Positions 18,476-27,003 of a stretch of 64,000 nt of DNA are shown here, one piece after another. How positions within the stretch are numbered: position 1 is the first letter of the stretch; the number at the start of each line of letters is the position of its first letter. The notes under the pieces were generated by a model. It was not told the DNA's origin and ran no database searches. It saw nothing but the letters and a program-made list of their open reading frames with translations. The DNA lies in NCBI GenBank assembly GCA_036611895.1, contig GCA_036611895.1_4766.1; one strand, written 5' to 3'. Made by a program: the position numbers and the translations under genes. The DNA comes from a phage.

Positions 18476-18660
18476 TTCTTCTCCGGTACGAACTGCATTA
18501 CACAGTTTTGATTACGAGGGATATTAAGTTCACATTCATGTTTGAGGGTTTGTGTTACAGAGTTTGGAGTAGAACCAAAGTAGGTATTAGATATAGCTAC
18601 AAATCCTGCACCTATTAAACCACCTAGCAAGAATGAGAAGAATGCAATCTCTTTATACAT
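18472..18660 (-). CDS. small membrane protein (start adjusted to internal ATG with GGAG RBS)
   Basis: ORF track 18472..18693; internal Met MYKEIAFFSFLLGGLIGAGFVAI preceded by GGAGCCAGGAA. Confidence 0.4.
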   Translation of the reverse strand: MYKEIAFFSFLLGGLIGAGFVAISNTYFGSTPNSVTQTLKHECELNIPRNQNCVMQFVPEKK

Positions 18661-18721
18661 TTCCTGGCTCCAGATGTAGAAAACCCCAGTCAATGCTGGG
18701 GTTTATCTATCAGTTTATACT

Positions 18722-18982
18722 TTATAGACCGTGTGGTCGGCATAGACTACCTGAACCAAAGGAACGATGTCCAAGTCGGCCCAGGATTAGGTTGCTTACT
18801 TCAGCAGCAGCACGACTGAATGCTTTAAAGTCAAAGACTACGATACCAAAGAGTGGGGCTGCGATAGCAGCTACCATGATTGGCGTCAGGTCAACCAGTG
18901 ACATACCCAAGATTAAGTGAGCAGCGTAGGCAATAATACCCATTCCAACACCACAACCATATCCAATAGCAATTTTACGCAT
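18722..18982 (-). CDS. small membrane protein (86 aa, two hydrophobic segments)
   Basis: GMGIIAYAAHLILGM and IMVAAIAAPLFGIVVF hydrophobic stretches. Confidence 0.45.
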   Translation of the reverse strand: MRKIAIGYGCGVGMGIIAYAAHLILGMSLVDLTPIMVAAIAAPLFGIVVFDFKAFSRAAAEVSNLILGRLGHRSFGSGSLCRPHGL

Positions 18983-19049
18983 AGTTACCTTCTTAGTTAG
19001 TAGATTGATACATATTCATATAACAGACAAACAATAGTCAAAAAAAGAC

Positions 19050-19078
19050 CTCCCTTCAATAGGGAGGTCAAGCTTGGG
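19050..19078 (-). terminator. intrinsic terminator after decoration-protein gene
   Basis: gacctccc-ttcaata-gggaggtc hairpin preceded on plus strand by a7 (U-run after hairpin on minus strand). Confidence 0.5.
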
Positions 19079-19119
19079 AGTTTTATTTCAGGGTTTATAA
19101 CCCCAAACAAAGGATACCC

Positions 19120-19953
19120 TTATTCTGCAACAGTAACAGGGATGGTTACATCGACAGTACCATTGGTAACTACTACAGAAGTAGCATCACCAGCAGCAAC
19201 TGGTTTAACCGTCAGTACGTTACCAGCAATGGTAGCTGTAGCACGACCGGATTCTGGAGCAGTCTTGATAGACAAAGTACCGACAGATGAGCCAACAGGC
19301 ATAGCAACAATCGTTACGTTCTTACCATCAGTAGTATCAGCAGCAACAGACAGAGCCAGTGAAGCTGGAGTAGCTACCAATGAGCTTGCTTCGTAGTAGC
19401 CTACAGCCAGCAGCGACTCATCTTCTACAGTGGTTCCATTAGCATCGGTAACAATCACTTTGTAAGTACCAGCAGAAGCAGCTGTTACGCCATTAAGAGA
19501 CAATGTTGCAGTAGCAGCGGATTCATTCTCACCTGAATCAATATCAGCGAATGCTGCACCAGCAGTATTAGTTTTGAATTGCCATTTATAAGTAAATGGT
19601 GCTTTACCACCTGCTACATCAACATGCCAGTTAATATCCTCACCTTCGATAGCAGAGACTACACGAGGCAGTTTGGTAGCAATAGTCAGTCGTGGAGTAG
19701 CCTTCATCTCAATAGAGATAGCCTGCATATCCACGATGTTGTTAGGCCAGAAGCCTTCTTCAGCAGGGTTTTTGGCAGAGCGTTTATACAGCAGATCACG
19801 AACACCATGAAAGATAACTAAGCTATCTGGATAAGTGGCATCTGGATGTACAAAGGTTCCTACTTCTACGGAACCACCTGGGATAGAGCCATTGGCATCC
19901 AGTACAGTTGCAACATTAGTGGTTTTGTTAAAACCTACTTTTAAAGTTGGCAT
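19120..19953 (-). CDS. capsid decoration protein-like, Ig-like (Big-type) domains
   Basis: Start moved to internal ATG with AGGAAA RBS (MPTLKVGF...). Ig-like repeats (TYKVIVTDANGTT, VTNGTVDVTIPVTV); position just downstream of RNAP II genes matches N4 gp17 synteny as recalled. Confidence 0.55.
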   Translation of the reverse strand: MPTLKVGFNKTTNVATVLDANGSIPGGSVEVGTFVHPDATYPDSLVIFHGVRDLLYKRSAKNPAEEGFWPNNIVDMQAISIEMKATPRLTIATKLPRVVSAIEGEDINWHVDVAGGKAPFTYKWQFKTNTAGAAFADIDSGENESAATATLSLNGVTAASAGTYKVIVTDANGTTVEDESLLAVGYYEASSLVATPASLALSVAADTTDGKNVTIVAMPVGSSVGTLSIKTAPESGRATATIAGNVLTVKPVAAGDATSVVVTNGTVDVTIPVTVAE

Positions 19954-20027
19954 ATCAATTTCCTCATAAGTAAATAGCAGAGTTAGTATACATGACAGAT
20001 AAAAAAATAAACCCTCCGTTAAGAGGG

Positions 20028-20210
20028 TTAGTTGTTTACACAGTAGATAGCAAAAGCTATCCATCCTGCTATTACAAAGCAGCCTAGTGAGTATGCTCCA
20101 TAGTAGTAATAAGCAAACTTAGACTTGTGGGCATGGACTATCGTAGACAGAACCAGTACAGATAAAACTATCAGTATTAGCTGAAAGATTACTTCAAAAG
20201 GGATTAGCAT
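20028..20210 (-). CDS. small membrane protein (start adjusted to internal ATG with GGAGGT RBS)
   Basis: ORF track 20028..20243; MLIPFEVIFQLILIVLSVLVL hydrophobic helix. Confidence 0.4.
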   Translation of the reverse strand: MLIPFEVIFQLILIVLSVLVLSTIVHAHKSKFAYYYYGAYSLGCFVIAGWIAFAIYCVNN

Positions 20211-20235
20211 AGTTGTTACCTCCAAGCAAAAAATA

Positions 20236-20262
20236 TGCCTCACTCCCGAAGGAATGAGGCTA
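20236..20262 (-). terminator. intrinsic terminator-like hairpin after RNAP II large-subunit gene
   Basis: gcctca...tgaggc stem preceded on plus strand by caaaaaat. Confidence 0.4.
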
Positions 20263-20267
20263 GTTTA

Positions 20268-21485
20268 TTAACTTAATGCATAGTCTGTTTCAAGAATGTC
20301 CTGCCAGAGGCTGTCATCCAGCTTACCAGCAGAGAACTCTTGTCCCAGTACCTGAGACAGGATGAAGCCTAGCAGGTCACTCTTAGCAATGTCAGACAGA
20401 ATCTGATTGTACTGACGACGTAGGTCATTACCGTAGTTAGGATGGCAACGGAAGCAGTCATGTACAGTCATTACAGGGAATGGTTTCTTAGGCATAGTGT
20501 CAATCATATCTGCTACTACCTGATGGTCTACATAAGCAATAGTGCATGGGTCAAGATAATCCAGGATTGATACGGATAGGAAGCCAGATTTCTCATAATG
20601 GCTCCACAGCTCCTGTACTTTCTCCAGATTGCCTGCAATCTCCCCATATTCTGATGGACCATCCTCACAGAGTTCTCGCACAGCTTCCACTAAGTCACGG
20701 TCGAAGTTACAACGACGCAGCATCTCACGCACCACCATCCCATCAATAGAGTGGGTGATGTTAGCAGAGAGCATACGAGTCTTCTCTTCTGTGCCCTGAA
20801 CCATACGAGTGATGTCGAATGGCTTACCTAAGAAGTTAACAGTCTGTACTTCAGGAATCATGACCTTAATGACAGCGTGGAAGTTGTCAGGCAGTACCCA
20901 TACGTAACGGTTGGCATCTGGATTACCACATTGCAGTAAGAACTTGTTAAGTGCCCAAGGACCACTAGCAACAGTTTCCATTACATTCTCAAAAGTCTTG
21001 AGACGAATACCTTCACCGAATACTTCTTTAGGCTTGGCTTCTGAGCCGTAGAATGCAGTCATAACTGCCTGCTTAGTGTCACTACGTTTAATACGAGATG
21101 CTTCACCAAGGATGTCCAGCATCTTGTGATAGATAACTGTATAGGCATCACGACGTAATGGCTTACCATTCTCTCCCATGTAGTTAACTACGTTACACAG
21201 TTCAGCAGCAGAACGGTCACCAGTCAGGCAAGCCAGTAACTGCAATCCGGATGATGTAGCATCCAGGGCTACGGCATAACCAATAGGCTTACCTGCTTTC
21301 ATATCTTTCCATGCATTTATACCTGCAAAGAACAGAGCAGAATCTTCAGCTTCATCTACCAGATTAAGCAGGTTAGCTTCGTTCTCATCGAACCAGGAGA
21401 TACGCTCATCCCATGTCTTTTTATCTAAGCCATAGTTATTAGCAATATCTACTTTCAGGTATTCACGAGCGGTTAACAGTTGCAT
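20268..21485 (-). CDS. phage RNA polymerase II, catalytic (C-terminal-type) subunit, T7-like single-subunit RNAP fold
   Basis: 405 aa. ALDATSSGLQ resembles T7 motif A (DGSCSGIQ); RSDTKQAVMTAFYGS resembles motif B with K-to-Y spacing of 8; MTVHDCF resembles motif C. RBS AAGGAA upstream. Confidence 0.85.
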   Translation of the reverse strand: MQLLTAREYLKVDIANNYGLDKKTWDERISWFDENEANLLNLVDEAEDSALFFAGINAWKDMKAGKPIGYAVALDATSSGLQLLACLTGDRSAAELCNVVNYMGENGKPLRRDAYTVIYHKMLDILGEASRIKRSDTKQAVMTAFYGSEAKPKEVFGEGIRLKTFENVMETVASGPWALNKFLLQCGNPDANRYVWVLPDNFHAVIKVMIPEVQTVNFLGKPFDITRMVQGTEEKTRMLSANITHSIDGMVVREMLRRCNFDRDLVEAVRELCEDGPSEYGEIAGNLEKVQELWSHYEKSGFLSVSILDYLDPCTIAYVDHQVVADMIDTMPKKPFPVMTVHDCFRCHPNYGNDLRRQYNQILSDIAKSDLLGFILSQVLGQEFSAGKLDDSLWQDILETDYALS

Positions 21486-21539
21486 TTTATGTTCCTTTTG
21501 CTTCTTGGCTCTCCACTATGGAGAGCCTGCTTATTGGAT

Positions 21540-21656
21540 TTATTTACGTTTACGTTTACGTTTGGCCTCTGCCTCACGTTTGAGAGCTTCGTTAATACGC
21601 TTTAACACTAGTTCTCTGTGAGCATAGAAGTCAGCTACTGCACGATGATTAATCAT
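21540..21656 (-). CDS. candidate 38-aa highly basic micro-protein (C-terminal KRKRKRK)
   Basis: Hand translation MINHRAVADFYAHRELVLKRINEALKREAEAKRKRKRK; ATG overlaps stop of upstream RNAP II small-subunit gene (ATGATTAA). Below ORF-track size cutoff. Confidence 0.3.
   Translation of the reverse strand: MINHRAVADFYAHRELVLKRINEALKREAEAKRKRKRK
21543..21563. repeat. (ACGTTT)3 perfect tandem hexamer repeat
   Basis: tttacgtttacgtttacgttt read directly; encodes the KRKRKR tail of the micro-ORF on the minus strand. Confidence 0.8.
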
Positions 21657-22467
21657 TGTTTACTAGCTCCTTATCAGCGAACTCCAGTACAGCTTTGTTG
21701 TAGCTGGTTCCCTGATAGTTGATGTGGTAGCCGCAGGCATATGTACGCCCACGTTTGTCATACTTGTGAGCCAGTGAGAAGTTATTACCTTCTTTGGTTA
21801 CTAACTCCATTACTTCCTTAGCTGTACGGCTGTACTTCTCAAAGGCTTTAACACGTTTCTCATAGTCCTGACGGGTTTCACCCTCTTTGGGTTTATCCAT
21901 GTTAGGACGAGAGTCTTTTACATAGTTAGCAACGTCCCAGTTAATACAGAGACGTTGGTTATTCATACGGTTGATGTGGTCAAGACAGACATCCATCTCA
22001 TGATGGTTCTTCTTGAGGATGATGCTACCTCTGCTTTCATAGTAACCAGTATCACGATTACACAGAACAGGCTTAGGAGCACTTACGATAGGCAATGGAT
22101 ACTGGAATGCTTCCAGTTCCATCTGAACATCTTCACTAATCTCATAGATAACACCGAACTTGTCGATGGTAGGGTCATAGTTGAAGCAGTCATTCTCTGC
22201 CATCTTATATAGGCAGTCAGCGATGTACTGAGCATCATCTGAGTGACTCATGAGAGAGCCAATCATAGTTTGGATGTCAGCACGTTTATGTAAGGCAATC
22301 TGCACCATTGCATCAATGAGCAGCTTATAATCAATTTCTAAATAGGCAGCGAATGCCTTAAAGTCAATTTCTTCGGAGTCCTCGAATTCCTTCCTCATGC
22401 GAGGGAGTAATTGATTCTTGTTGAAAAGGATTTCAAGTCGCTTCTGATGTTCAATAGATGAGTACAT
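21649..22467 (-). CDS. phage RNA polymerase II, N-terminal-type subunit
   Basis: 272 aa. KYDKRGRTYACGYHINYQG resembles the T7 RNAP DxRGR region; directly upstream of the catalytic subunit. Confidence 0.7.
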   Translation of the reverse strand: MYSSIEHQKRLEILFNKNQLLPRMRKEFEDSEEIDFKAFAAYLEIDYKLLIDAMVQIALHKRADIQTMIGSLMSHSDDAQYIADCLYKMAENDCFNYDPTIDKFGVIYEISEDVQMELEAFQYPLPIVSAPKPVLCNRDTGYYESRGSIILKKNHHEMDVCLDHINRMNNQRLCINWDVANYVKDSRPNMDKPKEGETRQDYEKRVKAFEKYSRTAKEVMELVTKEGNNFSLAHKYDKRGRTYACGYHINYQGTSYNKAVLEFADKELVNND

Positions 22468-22494
22468 CGCTTATTCTCCTAAATATGATTAATA

Positions 22495-22520
22495 ACCAAA
22501 AGCTGCGGAGCAGCTATTAC
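22495..22520 (-). promoter_or_regulatory. vRNAP-type hairpin promoter candidate (P-d), 45 nt upstream of RNAP II gene
   Basis: agctgc-gga-gcagct: 6-bp stem, GGA loop, same architecture as the three hairpins at 26.98-28.16 kb; preceded by aaccaaa. Confidence 0.45.
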
Positions 22521-22781
22521 CTAACGCTTAGTCCAAAAGGTAATACGAATACTGTTTTCATTACCGATGTAGTCGATGCGTACATGCAGACCATTACCAT
22601 TAAACTCATTACTTTTCTTCTGATAAGGCCAGACTAGGCTAGTCATAGGTATTTTGATGAAACCAGATATGTGGCCTAGCTTAGTACGACTCTTTAATTC
22701 ATTTTGTAATGCACAATAGATGTCGTGCCGTGTGAGTGCTCTGGCTCTGACTTGAGCAGACCATAATTCTTCATATGTCAT
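22521..22781 (-). CDS. hypothetical protein (86 aa)
   Basis: ORF track. Confidence 0.4.
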   Translation of the reverse strand: MTYEELWSAQVRARALTRHDIYCALQNELKSRTKLGHISGFIKIPMTSLVWPYQKKSNEFNGNGLHVRIDYIGNENSIRITFWTKR

Positions 22782-23161
22782 GAGAAGGTTCCCCAGTAGA
22801 TATAATCATCTCCCAGAATGGGCTTCCAGGCTTCGTCAAACATGACATTGCCAGTAGCATTGGCAAACATAGGAGCGATTTCTTCATCCTTATAGCCAGC
22901 TAATCCACAACCAATACGTGTTACTTTAAAGTCCCACTCTGGATGTGCTGCTGCATACAGGATAAATGCTTCAACGAATGTTTTAATGTCTTCTAAGGAC
23001 ATAGTCTTTATTGACTGGTCTTTGGTTGGAATTGCATAGCTGCAACCATAATGGCCTACGCCCATACCCCAACGAGCACCATGCTTTTTATATGCAACTT
23101 TCGCTGCACCAGCACCGTGACGACCTGCTAAATTACTTCCGAATACAAAGACTTCTTTCAC
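22778..23161 (-). CDS. hypothetical protein with glycine-rich nucleotide-binding-like N-terminus
   Basis: 127 aa. VFVFGSNLAGRHGAGAAKVA and IGCGLAGY motifs; family not assignable by eye. Confidence 0.45.
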   Translation of the reverse strand: MKEVFVFGSNLAGRHGAGAAKVAYKKHGARWGMGVGHYGCSYAIPTKDQSIKTMSLEDIKTFVEAFILYAAAHPEWDFKVTRIGCGLAGYKDEEIAPMFANATGNVMFDEAWKPILGDDYIYWGTFS

Positions 23162-23340
23162 ACTAACCCCCTTACTTCTTTATAGAATTTAACAGCGTCT
23201 TCCTGAGTTTCAGGCTTAACTTCATAAACATAGTCAAGAGCTTGTTCGTGGTCTTTCTGTTCCTTCTTGGTTCTACAATGACCACATTTACCATCCCATT
23301 GGGATACATGGCCTTTACCACATTTGCATTGTTTATTCAT
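23158..23340 (-). CDS. zinc-ribbon small protein (start adjusted)
   Basis: CKCGKGH...CGHC four-Cys motif; ATG overlaps stop of upstream gene. Confidence 0.4.
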   Translation of the reverse strand: MNKQCKCGKGHVSQWDGKCGHCRTKKEQKDHEQALDYVYEVKPETQEDAVKFYKEVRGLV

Positions 23341-23713
23341 TAGGATTCTCCACAAAATAGTTATATATAGCCTTTACTAGCTTCTCTTTAATAACCTCAC
23401 CATGACAAGGTTTTGGATAACAGAAGCACTGTAAGGCCAATCCTTTCTCGTCAATGGCTTTATTACCAAGACGATTAAGTTCATCCAGTACAACTGGATT
23501 CTTTCTCATGATTTGTTCATTAAGCCATACTCGATACTTGGCTATAACCTGTTCTCTCGAACCGTCTTTACCAATGACAAATGGATTGCCTAATGGTGAG
23601 CCACGCCCAATATACTCACCGGATTTACTGTGATGTTTATTAACAATAGTAATTGATCGTGCAGTTACACCCATTAGAGTATCTGTGTTATTACCTATTG
23701 AAATAGTCTTCAT
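23333..23713 (-). CDS. hypothetical protein (126 aa) with GNPF and CxC...CHG motifs
   Basis: RGSPLGNPF ... CFCYPKPCHG; resembles a DUF-type family common in phages, identity not verifiable here. Confidence 0.45.
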   Translation of the reverse strand: MKTISIGNNTDTLMGVTARSITIVNKHHSKSGEYIGRGSPLGNPFVIGKDGSREQVIAKYRVWLNEQIMRKNPVVLDELNRLGNKAIDEKGLALQCFCYPKPCHGEVIKEKLVKAIYNYFVENPNE

Positions 23714-24024
23714 GGTTTAAGTACCTGGAATGGGAACACAGGACGTTTACTACGCCACTGGTTCATAGCTAATTCACTGGTTTCAGAACCATCATGTAAG
23801 TCATAGATAAATGAGATTACATAGTCTGGTTCTTCCGGGAAGTTCTCTGTAGAGAATGGTAGCCCAGATTCCTTAAGGATAGGAACCAGTGGTGATTCAG
23901 CATTACAATAGAGGGTAAACTCTTCATTAAATGCCTGGCTTGTCTGAGATACATAATCAATATTACGCATCATCTTATCTACATCAGTAAATGTAGAATC
24001 ATGAACTACTAGAATAGTTTTCAT
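23710..24024 (-). CDS. hypothetical protein (104 aa)
   Basis: ORF track; 4-nt overlaps with neighbours. Confidence 0.45.
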   Translation of the reverse strand: MKTILVVHDSTFTDVDKMMRNIDYVSQTSQAFNEEFTLYCNAESPLVPILKESGLPFSTENFPEEPDYVISFIYDLHDGSETSELAMNQWRSKRPVFPFQVLKP

Positions 24025-24275
24025 ACCTTTCTTAATGTCCCATAGATGTTATTATCGACAATATTCAAATCACAAAAACCAATCTCTTCTTGTCTCCCAG
24101 AGGATACCCAGATATTGTTTTCTGTTAGCTTAGGCTTTTTAGAGAATCCTATTAGTGAGGTATTAGCACTCTTATATTGACGAGGTAGTAATGCTATATA
24201 CTTAACCCAGTGAGGCACTTGAATAGTATGCTTCATATATTCCACAGTCTTGCCTGTAGGATATGTAATAATCAT
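24021..24275 (-). CDS. hypothetical protein (84 aa)
   Basis: ORF track. Confidence 0.4.
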   Translation of the reverse strand: MIITYPTGKTVEYMKHTIQVPHWVKYIALLPRQYKSANTSLIGFSKKPKLTENNIWVSSGRQEEIGFCDLNIVDNNIYGTLRKV

Positions 24276-24632
24276 TTAGTACCTTACAACATATACGGGT
24301 TTATTAAGCCTATTCATGATATCAATCATGTGCTTGGTTCCTTTGGAATTACCATCCCAGAAGCACACAGCAGCATCTGCAAATTCACCCATTTCTTTAT
24401 TCCTACGGAATCCAGCAGATTTGCCATAGGTATCCCATTCAGCAGGGAATACATGTATCTGCATATTTGCAGATTTCCATAGATGGAAAGCTAATATATC
24501 TGCTCCACGAGCCATACCACATACCAATTCTGGGCATTCCGGTATATTCCCTGAATTTACTAACTTCTGTAATTCCTCAATCATACGATTGGTATTTACG
24601 AAGTCTCTCCCACCAGCTACAATCAGTCTCAT
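24276..24632 (-). CDS. SLOG/DprA-LOG-like Rossmann-fold protein
   Basis: 118 aa. RLIVAGGRDF ... GMARGADILAFHLW ... VCFWDGNSKGT resemble the Smf/DprA-LOG (SLOG) superfamily signature. Confidence 0.45.
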   Translation of the reverse strand: MRLIVAGGRDFVNTNRMIEELQKLVNSGNIPECPELVCGMARGADILAFHLWKSANMQIHVFPAEWDTYGKSAGFRRNKEMGEFADAAVCFWDGNSKGTKHMIDIMNRLNKPVYVVRY

Positions 24633-24850
24633 TTCTGATACCCCTGTATATAGTTAATACGGCGAATACGTTGAGTAGATGCCTTAACAGCTATCTGTTG
24701 ATTCTCTTCTTTATGCTGATTATTCAGGATCTTATCCCATTCCTTCTGGTTCCGTTGTTTCTGTAGAATACGACTACACTTCTTATGATTAGCAACTCCT
24801 CTTCCTTTATTGCAAATCGGGCAAATACCATAATTAGTGCTGAACAACAT
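24629..24850 (-). CDS. zinc-ribbon small protein
   Basis: CPICNK ... HKKC motif. Confidence 0.4.
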   Translation of the reverse strand: MLFSTNYGICPICNKGRGVANHKKCSRILQKQRNQKEWDKILNNQHKEENQQIAVKASTQRIRRINYIQGYQK

Positions 24851-24862
24851 TTTGTTTATTCC

Positions 24863-25096
24863 TTAGTAAGTATATTCAAGAGAGGTTTTACCATCTGTAT
24901 GACATACAGATACTTTACTATCTATGAAGTACATCTTGTTATTAATACGTACTTCATCAATAGAGAAATTGCTAAAAGGTTTAGAGTACACCTTACGAAC
25001 AATAGTTCTGTTAGTACCCTTTAGTTTAATTCGGGCATAACCTTTTCGGTCAACGAATATCTCATTACCTACAATTACATCACTGAGGTTGTTCAC
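24863..25096 (-). CDS. hypothetical protein (77 aa)
   Basis: ORF track. Confidence 0.4.
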   Translation of the reverse strand: MNNLSDVIVGNEIFVDRKGYARIKLKGTNRTIVRKVYSKPFSNFSIDEVRINNKMYFIDSKVSVCHTDGKTSLEYTY

Positions 25097-25397
25097 TTAG
25101 TGCCTCCAGTAGTATTTTACGAATAACATTTACATCAGATTCAGTACCAATTAAACCAACAGGTTTACCTGTACTATCTGTTACAAAGGATGCAATCCTT
25201 TCCATCTCTGCTGTAATTAACTTGTCACCACTAATAAGACGATTACGAAGGTAAGCTTCATAAGCTACCTCTACATCTTCTACCGTGGTTCTTTCATTAC
25301 GAGTGAATGGATTACTTAATGGGAAAGGTAAGTGGATACGTATATTCCGGTCAGCTATCTTAGCTGAATGGGGAAGTATACAAACAATTTCATTCAA
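25080..25397 (-). CDS. hypothetical protein (105 aa)
   Basis: ORF track. Confidence 0.4.
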   Translation of the reverse strand: MNEIVCILPHSAKIADRNIRIHLPFPLSNPFTRNERTTVEDVEVAYEAYLRNRLISGDKLITAEMERIASFVTDSTGKPVGLIGTESDVNVIRKILLEALSEQPQ

Positions 25398-25647
25398 GGT
25401 TATTTCTCCTATTTAAATACATATCTAACTATTCAAGAATAAAAAATAGAAGCCCTCCTAATGGAGGACTCCCAGTTCTACTAATGCACCATAGGTTAAT
25501 AGTGCAAACATGGTTATTGAGATAAGCCAGTTCATTTGAACGCATCCGGGTGATTGAAGGTAACAATCTTACGTACTGGTTCAGATGTCTTTTTCTTAGC
25601 AGCCAGACGCTCTTTCATCTTCTGTACGTCTTCTTTGGTTCCCATGA

Positions 25648-25830
25648 TTAATGACTTACGCATGATTTAGTACTCCACATAAAGTTAAAAGGTTTACTGT
25701 TACGTACAATTCTTACAACCATTTGATAGCCATTGAGTTGTACAACACCATAGTGTCGTTTCTGTACACCAGTGTGATACCTACGAAAGATACACTCTTC
25801 AATGGCATCTTCTATGTTAGTGAATATCAC
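25648..25830 (-). CDS. hypothetical protein (60 aa)
   Basis: ORF track. Confidence 0.35.
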   Translation of the reverse strand: MIFTNIEDAIEECIFRRYHTGVQKRHYGVVQLNGYQMVVRIVRNSKPFNFMWSTKSCVSH

Positions 25831-26045
25831 TGGTTCCTCTTTGCAAACTCTTCGGCTTCCTTAGCCCAGAGTTGCTTACGATCTTCTTTAGCTACGATGG
25901 AAGCAAACAGGCATTTAACGAATACAACTGGTAACTTACAAATAAGTACCAGCTTAGTAATTACCCACTTGGCTCCATTGAGAATGTAACCACGTAGGTG
26001 ATAAAGCACATAACAGAGTATTACAAACGCAATGAAGTCCAACAT
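25827..26045 (-). CDS. small membrane protein (72 aa)
   Basis: MLDFIAFVILCYVLYHL hydrophobic N-terminus. Confidence 0.4.
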   Translation of the reverse strand: MLDFIAFVILCYVLYHLRGYILNGAKWVITKLVLICKLPVVFVKCLFASIVAKEDRKQLWAKEAEEFAKRNQ

Positions 26046-26047
26046 AG

Positions 26048-26347
26048 TTAGTCCTTACAGTTAATGAATTGAGAATGTAATTCACCATTACAGATATTCA
26101 TACCATCTTCATAGTATGGCTCACCTAGTTCTTCATAGTAGGCTTTGTCATCAGGATGTGGTCTAACCACCAGGTCAAATGCAGGTAATTGACTGCCACC
26201 ATCAATCACGTTGAGTAAGCTGAATATAGCTCCCTCAATACGTTCAGTAGTATCTCCTCCATCTGGAGTATTTGCCCAGTAATGTACAATTTCTTTAGCA
26301 TTAAGTAGGAATTTATTCCTTACTTCTTCCTCAGTAAGTGCTCTCAT
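26048..26347 (-). CDS. acidic early protein (99 aa)
   Basis: ORF track; Asp/Glu-rich composition (DKAYYEELGEPYYEDG). Confidence 0.45.
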   Translation of the reverse strand: MRALTEEEVRNKFLLNAKEIVHYWANTPDGGDTTERIEGAIFSLLNVIDGGSQLPAFDLVVRPHPDDKAYYEELGEPYYEDGMNICNGELHSQFINCKD

Positions 26348-26444
26348 TTAGTACATATCCTCTTCTAATATAAATCTATATCTATCTGGTTACTGTTTCA
26401 GTACCCTTCGTCTAAAGATACTCAAAAAGTAGAAATAGCTTATC

Positions 26445-26475
26445 GTCTAGTTAAAAATAAAAGACTCCCCGAAGG
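26445..26475 (-). terminator. intrinsic terminator after first early gene of promoter P-c
   Basis: gactccc-cgaa-gggagtc hairpin preceded on plus strand by aaaaataaaa. Confidence 0.45.
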
Positions 26476-26490
26476 GAGTCTATTGGTTGA

Positions 26491-26871
26491 TTAGAAAGTC
26501 AGTTTACGAGCATATTTATTCTCGTCTGCTGGGATGTCAGCAGCCTCTGCTTTCACACGACGAAGTTGAACTTGCAGGTTAATGATACCTTCTTCACCTG
26601 GTTCCAGGTTCTGAGCATATGCGATTAACTGTTCCAGCAAGTCGTTCTGTGCACAACGCATAGCACGGAAGTCAGCATTGCTGCTATTGGTAGGCAGCGG
26701 TTCCTGAGTATCCAGTGGAATACCAGTAGGCAGTGAGATGAATTTCTCATCATCAGAGCCTTCATTAGCCACATAACCAATGTTCAGCCAGAACTGAGCT
26801 TTTGGTTTGTCAGTTTTAGCAGTAGAAGCAGTATCGTTAGACTGACCGAAAGTGAATTTTTGAATAGACAT
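26491..26871 (-). CDS. early protein (126 aa; start at internal ATG with GGAGAG RBS)
   Basis: ORF track 26491..26964; annotated first ATG lies only about 19 nt from promoter hairpin centre with no RBS, internal Met (MSIQKFTF) has one. Confidence 0.5.
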   Translation of the reverse strand: MSIQKFTFGQSNDTASTAKTDKPKAQFWLNIGYVANEGSDDEKFISLPTGIPLDTQEPLPTNSSNADFRAMRCAQNDLLEQLIAYAQNLEPGEEGIINLQVQLRRVKAEAADIPADENKYARKLTF

Positions 26872-26969
26872 TTTGTACTCTCCAGATTTATGTGATTTAC
26901 GGGTGAACTCGTCGGTGAGAACACCCAAACAAAAGGATAAAAGTTCAATGATTAGTGGATGCATTTACA

Positions 26970-27000
26970 TCATCCATAAGACGCGGAGCGTCTTGGTTTT
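26970..27000 (-). promoter_or_regulatory. vRNAP-type hairpin early promoter (P-c)
   Basis: tccataa-gacgc-gga-gcgtc-ttggtttt: 5-7 bp stem with GGA loop; conserved flanks shared with P-b. Confidence 0.6.
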
Positions 27001-27003
27001 GGC

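Noticed and set aside
19954-20064. N-terminal 37-codon extension of the decoration-protein ORF (MDSFCYLL...)
   Set aside because: Internal ATG has a good AGGAAA RBS and the extension overlaps a terminator hairpin; extension judged untranslated.
23158-24850. Zinc-ribbon small proteins as HNH homing endonucleases
   Set aside because: Too short (60-73 aa) and lacking the His-Asn-His spacing of HNH nucleases; no intron or intein disrupts neighbouring genes.
25532-25663. 43-codon minus-strand micro-ORF (MRKSLIMGTKEDVQKMKERLAAKKK...) in the early-region gap
   Set aside because: Plausible by position but only a weak RBS and below any size threshold where composition can be judged; left unannotated.
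26872-26964. N-terminal 31-codon extension of the first early gene after promoter P-c
   Set aside because: First ATG is only about 19 nt from the promoter hairpin centre and lacks an RBS; internal ATG has GGAGAG. Kept as a possibility because the extension is stop-free.
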